DNA of 61,791 nt, the filler included, from Globobulimina sp. (taxonomy: Eukaryota): the NCBI GenBank assembly GCA_003354225.1. It is 21 parts of 21 records of this genome, joined end to end, with 100 filler letters (N's around TTAATTAATTAA, not from the genome) between each part and the next. Parts side by side here need not be neighbours in the genome. Positions count along the whole stretch, not along the records: positions 58,947 to 61,791 come from PIVH01004648.1; 20 more parts are not named here. The stretch is one strand, 5' to 3'. Numbering within the stretch: the stretch's first letter is position 1; each line of letters starts with the position of its first letter. Position numbers and translations under genes: made by a program. Shown here piece by piece: positions 59,260-61,791 of this stretch. The notes under the pieces were generated by a model, which worked only from the letters and a program-made list of their open reading frames with translations, did not search any database and was not told the origin of the DNA.

Positions 59260-61760
59260 TTACAATCTTTGTGGCCTTCGAACAAGCGCAGTCAATTTCT
59301 GTTTCAAGGCATCCAAATCCGCCGCACACGAAAACAACTCGGCTTTCACCGCCGACAAATCGCTGCTGCTCATATCATTGTTACTCGTCAACTCCATCTT
59401 GATATCTCTCAATCGGTTATCCAAATCCTCCAATTTCAGCTTAACTTTGTCGAACTGCCCCGCATTGGCAATGGCCCGATAGTTTGTTTTGGTCATCACG
59501 AAATCCACACATTTCTGCAACTGCTGCTTGTGTTTGCTGTGCTGCTTCAACAGCGAAGTCGTAGTCGCCGACGAAGACTTACTGAACAAATTCAACACCG
59601 ACTGCTTCTGCAACTTATCAATCGATATGATGACAGAGCCGTGCTTCTTATGCGACGCTCTCGAATTCTTGCCACTGCCGCTGCCGTCCGCCGGCCGCGA
59701 CGGAATTTCATTTGTAGACAAAGTCCGTAAATGCTTCCCTTGCTTGGACGCATCCGACAATATTTTCAAGCCCTGCGCCCAGACAAAGGCTTCCTTCTCG
59801 TTCTTGGCCGTCACAGTCAGCGATTTCCACTGCTTCTCACTGCCCGCTTTGCCATAAAAAATCGTAAAAGAAGTTTCATGCAGATCTGTCTGCTTTGTTT
59901 TTTCTACAACTTTGCTGTCCGAACCAATGGCAATTTTCCTGATTTCCTTGATGCGGATCCGCGTCTCTTCGCTGCTCTTCTTCGGCGAAAACCAGACCAA
60001 ATACTTGTGATCCGGCGTCAAATGGAACATTTTATACTTCGGCTTGCCATACTTGCCATATTTTAACTGTATAAAACACAAAAACAGATACAAAACACCG
60101 CGCAAATTCGCACAAAGCACAGTACAAACCAACCAAAGTCGTGCCCTGTTCCAACGACTCAATCACATCCTCATCGCCGTCCACCTCCACCTCCTCCACC
60201 TCGACACTCTGCGCCTTCAGCTCCGAAATGCTCGCACTCCCAGAATTTTGGTACGAATGATACGAGTCCGTCGACGGGTAATTTTGTAAATGCTCCTCGT
60301 GCTGCCGGACCGGAGTGGTCCCAAACTCCGGCAAATTCAGCACAACGTCCACCTCATCCTCCAGGCTGTCCGTAAATAAGTCCTTCATCAACTTGGACGT
60401 CGACGGGGTCAGCGGCGCGATTTCATTCTGTTTCTGGTCGCCCACCAACTCCGACAAATACTTGAAGATCTCCGGGTCGTACTCCTCGTCCTCCTCCATC
60501 GTCTCCAAGTCGCTCACACTGAACTTGCGGTTGCCGTGCGACGTGATGGATTTCTTCAAATGGTGCCCCGCATCGCCGCCACTGTGCTGCGCGTCGGCCG
60601 TCACATCCAATAAGGTCTTGAGTGTGTTCTTGCGTTTGTGAGTCATGCCGTCGATCTCCGCCATGTTGCTGCTGCTGCTGTTCGCCGGCGCCGTGGCTGC
60701 GGTTTGCGGCGCGTTCACCTGTTGGTCGGTGTGCGCCACGGCGCCCATCATTAAGCGGCTCAGCTGCTTCAACATGGCGGCTTGCTCGTCCTCCAGCCGG
60801 TTATCGTCCCATTGGTCCAACTCGTGCGGCTTGAACAGCGACGCCGACACATCGTGCTTCTTCTTGCGCTTCTTGCTGTTGTGGCCGTGGCTGTTCTTGG
60901 CGGCTTGGTCTTTGCGCGAATAATGGTGCGCCACATGCGCCTCATCGTCGTCGCTGTCATAGCTCGATATGGTGTCACTGTCGCTCTCCTCCACGCTCTC
61001 CGCATCCTCTTCCTTTGTGTCGTCGTCTTCTTGCTGCCATTGCAGCCCTTTGGCGATTTTCTGCTTCCTTTTGTCCAATTTGCTGTTCTTTTTCTTGCTC
61101 TGTGCGTGTGTAGCGAGTGCAAGGATGGCTATATTTATATTTATATTTGTGTAGAATGTACGGTACCTCTTTGAATACGACATAAAAGGGAGTGGGTTGT
61201 TGCGCCATCAGTTTGAGGATGTCTTTGTGTTTCACATCATCGACGCGTTTGCCATTGATTTCGTAGATGCGAGAGGCGACTTTCATGCCTAAATCGTCGT
61301 TGGTCGAGTCTTGGATGGAAGAGACAATGGCATTTTTGCCGCGAGTGTCCATAATGACGGAGAAACCCAAAGGTCGCTGATTAAAAGTTATCTCATATAA
61401 TCCTTCTTTTTCGTAGTAAGCACTGTAGGCTTCGATTATTTTGCTCTCAGAGACGCCTTTTTTCTTTAGAAAAGTGATTATTTTGCGTTTAGCCACGCGT
61501 TTAGTTTCTGCTTTTTGTATTAACGACAATATACGACCTCCGGATTCTAATCGTTTGACTACCTCACGTTTGTCTTTTTTTCTTCTGGGCGCGGAGGAGC
61601 CTGACGTTGCGCTGACTTTTTTGTGTTTAGATGATCGTTTGGTGGATGAGGAGGAGGAGGTTTGTGGTGCGTTTGTGTCTGTTGTGGTAGAATGTGGCGT
61701 TTGTTGGTTGGCTTGTCCTTCCTCATGACTCTCATCAAGACCTTTAACACCACTGCTCAT
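59260..61760 (-). CDS. PDZ + PH + coiled-coil protein, 3 exons (introns 61166-61100 and 60133-60067)
   Basis: PDZ: ITFNQRPLGFSV...IYEINGKRV. PH: LKYGKYGKPKYKMFHL...LVWFS...EAFVWAQGLK. Both GT-AG introns join the ORFs in frame. Confidence 0.75.
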
Positions 61761-61791
61761 TGTTTAGCTAGATACTAAAACCTGTGGACAG

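Noticed and set aside
59260-61100. GC-rich stretch as foreign DNA
   Set aside because: It forms in-frame exons of the same spliced PDZ-PH gene, with AT-rich introns.

Overview
This window is not one locus. It is 21 unrelated, size-sorted contigs of about 2.85 kb (2850 down to 2845 bp), joined by 100-nt artificial spacers (N44-TTAATTAATTAA-N44). Most contigs come from an AT-rich eukaryote with short GT-AG introns, rich in 7TM/RGS/G-alpha/SAM genes and carrying flagellar genes. A foraminiferan or other rhizarian source is my inference. One contig (14746-17593) is bacterial: an integron cassette array with three attC sites of different types, an FRG-domain cassette and a translationally coupled two-gene cassette (4TM protein + ComEC-like metallo-beta-lactamase hydrolase). 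That two-gene cassette is a candidate anti-phage module. The same contig starts with the 3' end of a group II intron that appears inserted inside an attC core site (GTTA|GCTC). Other highlights: two contigs that together outline a DIRS/Ngaro-type tyrosine-recombinase retrotransposon family whose ORFs seem to carry spliceosomal introns; a contig with an exact 119-bp terminal repeat (2727-bp circle or tandem unit); a 1.07-kb element with CACT(A/C)G terminal inverted repeats; a G-alpha with a natural Gln-to-Leu switch II substitution; a GPCR-PIPK; and a Harbinger/ISL2EU transposase. All family calls come from motif recognition by eye, with no database searches.
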